A stretch of DNA of 62,504 nucleotides, filler included. It is 20 parts of 20 records of this genome, joined end to end, with 100 filler letters (N's around TTAATTAATTAA, not from the genome) between each part and the next. Parts side by side here need not be neighbours in the genome. Positions count along the whole stretch, not along the records: positions 60,115 to 62,504 come from SRR11831580_5168; 19 more parts are not named here. One strand, given 5' to 3'. A model generated the notes under the pieces. It saw only the letters and a program-made list of their open reading frames with translations, ran no database searches and was not told the origin of the DNA. The position numbers were made by a program, and so were the translations under genes. Positions 61,328-62,504 of this stretch are shown here, piece after piece; position 1 is the stretch's first letter, and the number at the start of each line of letters is the position of its first letter.

Positions 61328-62115
61328 ATGCTGGTTGCCGCAGGACAGTTTGCTGTTACATCTGTGTGGGAAAAGAACGCTGAGATTTGTGCCTCGTTGA
61401 TGGCGCAGGCGGCGGAAAACGACGCATCGCTGTTTGCCCTGCCGGAAGCATTGCTGGCGCGCGATGATCATGATGCAGATCTATCGGTTAAATCAGCACA
61501 GCTGCTGGAAGGCGAATTCCTCGGACTTTACGGCGAGAAAGTAAACGTAACATGATGACGACAATTCTGACGATTCATGTTCCTTCAACGCCGGGGCGCG
61601 CATGGAATATGCTGGTGGCACTTCAGGCAGGAAACATCGTCGCCCGTTATGCCAAACTGCATCTCTATGATGCATTTGCCATTCAGGAATCACGCCGTGT
61701 TGATGCTGGTAATGAAATCGCTCCGTTACTGGAGGTGGAAGGGATGAAGGTCGGTCTGATGACCTGTTATGACTTACGCTTTCCAGAGCTGGCGCTGGCA
61801 CAGGCATTACAGGGAGCTGAAATCCTGGTACTTCCTGCCGCCTGGGTTCGCGGGCCGCTCAAAGAGCATCACTGGTCAACGTTGCTTGCCGCTCGTGCGC
61901 TGGATACCACCTGTTATATGGTGGCGGCGGGGGAGTGCGGGAACAAAAATATCGGTCAAAGCCGGATTATAGATCCCTTTGGCGTCACCATTGCGGCAGC
62001 GTCAGAAATGCCTGCACTCATTATGGCGGAAGTGACGCCCGAACGTGTGCGTCAGGTGCGCGCGCAACTGCCCGTCTTAAACAACCGTCGCTTTGCGCCG
62101 CCGCAATTATTATGA
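61328..62115 (+). pseudogene. ybeM: Deaminated glutathione amidase, split by a frameshift
   Basis: Nitrilase motifs LPE / YAKLHL / CYDLRFPE spread over two frames, shift near 61525; annotated as a pseudogene in K-12. Confidence 0.88.
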
Positions 62116-62243
62116 TGTTTTTTTACTCGGCGCTTGATTCACCTTGTTACAGATTGCTATTGTGTGCGCGCGTCGAATGACCGTTAATATTCTCTGGTTT
62201 TTAAGGCGCGTTCTGTTGCCGGTTATATGTCAAGAAGGTATCT

Positions 62244-62447
62244 ATGGGTGAGATTAGTATTACCAAACTGCTGGTAGTTGCGGCGCTGGTCGTTCTGCTG
62301 TTTGGGACTAAGAAGTTACGTACGCTGGGCGGAGACCTTGGAGCGGCCATTAAAGGGTTCAAGAAGGCGATGAATGATGACGATGCTGCGGCGAAAAAAG
62401 GCGCAGACGTTGATCTTCAGGCTGAAAAGCTCTCTCATAAAGAGTGA
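62244..62447 (+). CDS. tatE: Twin-arginine translocase subunit
   Basis: 67 aa, [16 protein letters not shown]. Confidence 0.99.
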   Translation: MGEISITKLLVVAALVVLLFGTKKLRTLGGDLGAAIKGFKKAMNDDDAAAKKGADVDLQAEKLSHKE

Positions 62448-62504
62448 CGTGGCGAGCAGGACGCTCCCTCAATATCTTGTTCGATACAAAAAACCCGCTC
62501 TAAA

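Overview
This window is not a natural locus. It is a pseudo-scaffold of 20 unrelated 2.0-4.8 kb contigs joined by 19 identical 100-bp spacers (N44-TTAATTAATTAA-N44). Thirteen contigs are ordinary Escherichia coli K-12-like chromosome fragments (rpoN-lpt, alkA, bglA, rodZ-rlmN, relA-mazEFG, yraRQ, hcp-lysO, metLBJ, ybiT-ldtB, pqiAB, fliL-P, aroP-pdhR-aceE, pagP-cspE-crcB-tatE). Seven contigs (4738-7869, 11182-13799, 13900-18196, 23077-25270, 34849-39065, 39166-43923, 58002-60014) come from an intron-rich, gene-dense eukaryote with short GT-AG introns and the standard code, probably a flagellated bacterivorous protist. Splicing these by hand reveals genes the ORF track misses: a near-complete Cys-less pentameric ligand-gated ion channel with an unusual M2 helix, a gene built of myxobacterial-type Cys-rich CDGLDNDCDG repeats (one per exon), a 12-domain IPT/TIG protein organised as a three-domain super-repeat, NEIL1, a class II glutamine amidotransferase, transketolase, TSNAXIP1 and a probable separase. 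Two partial loxP sites, a GACT tag and homopolymer frameshifts are 454 sequencing artefacts. Gene names rest on recognition from memory; no database search was run.
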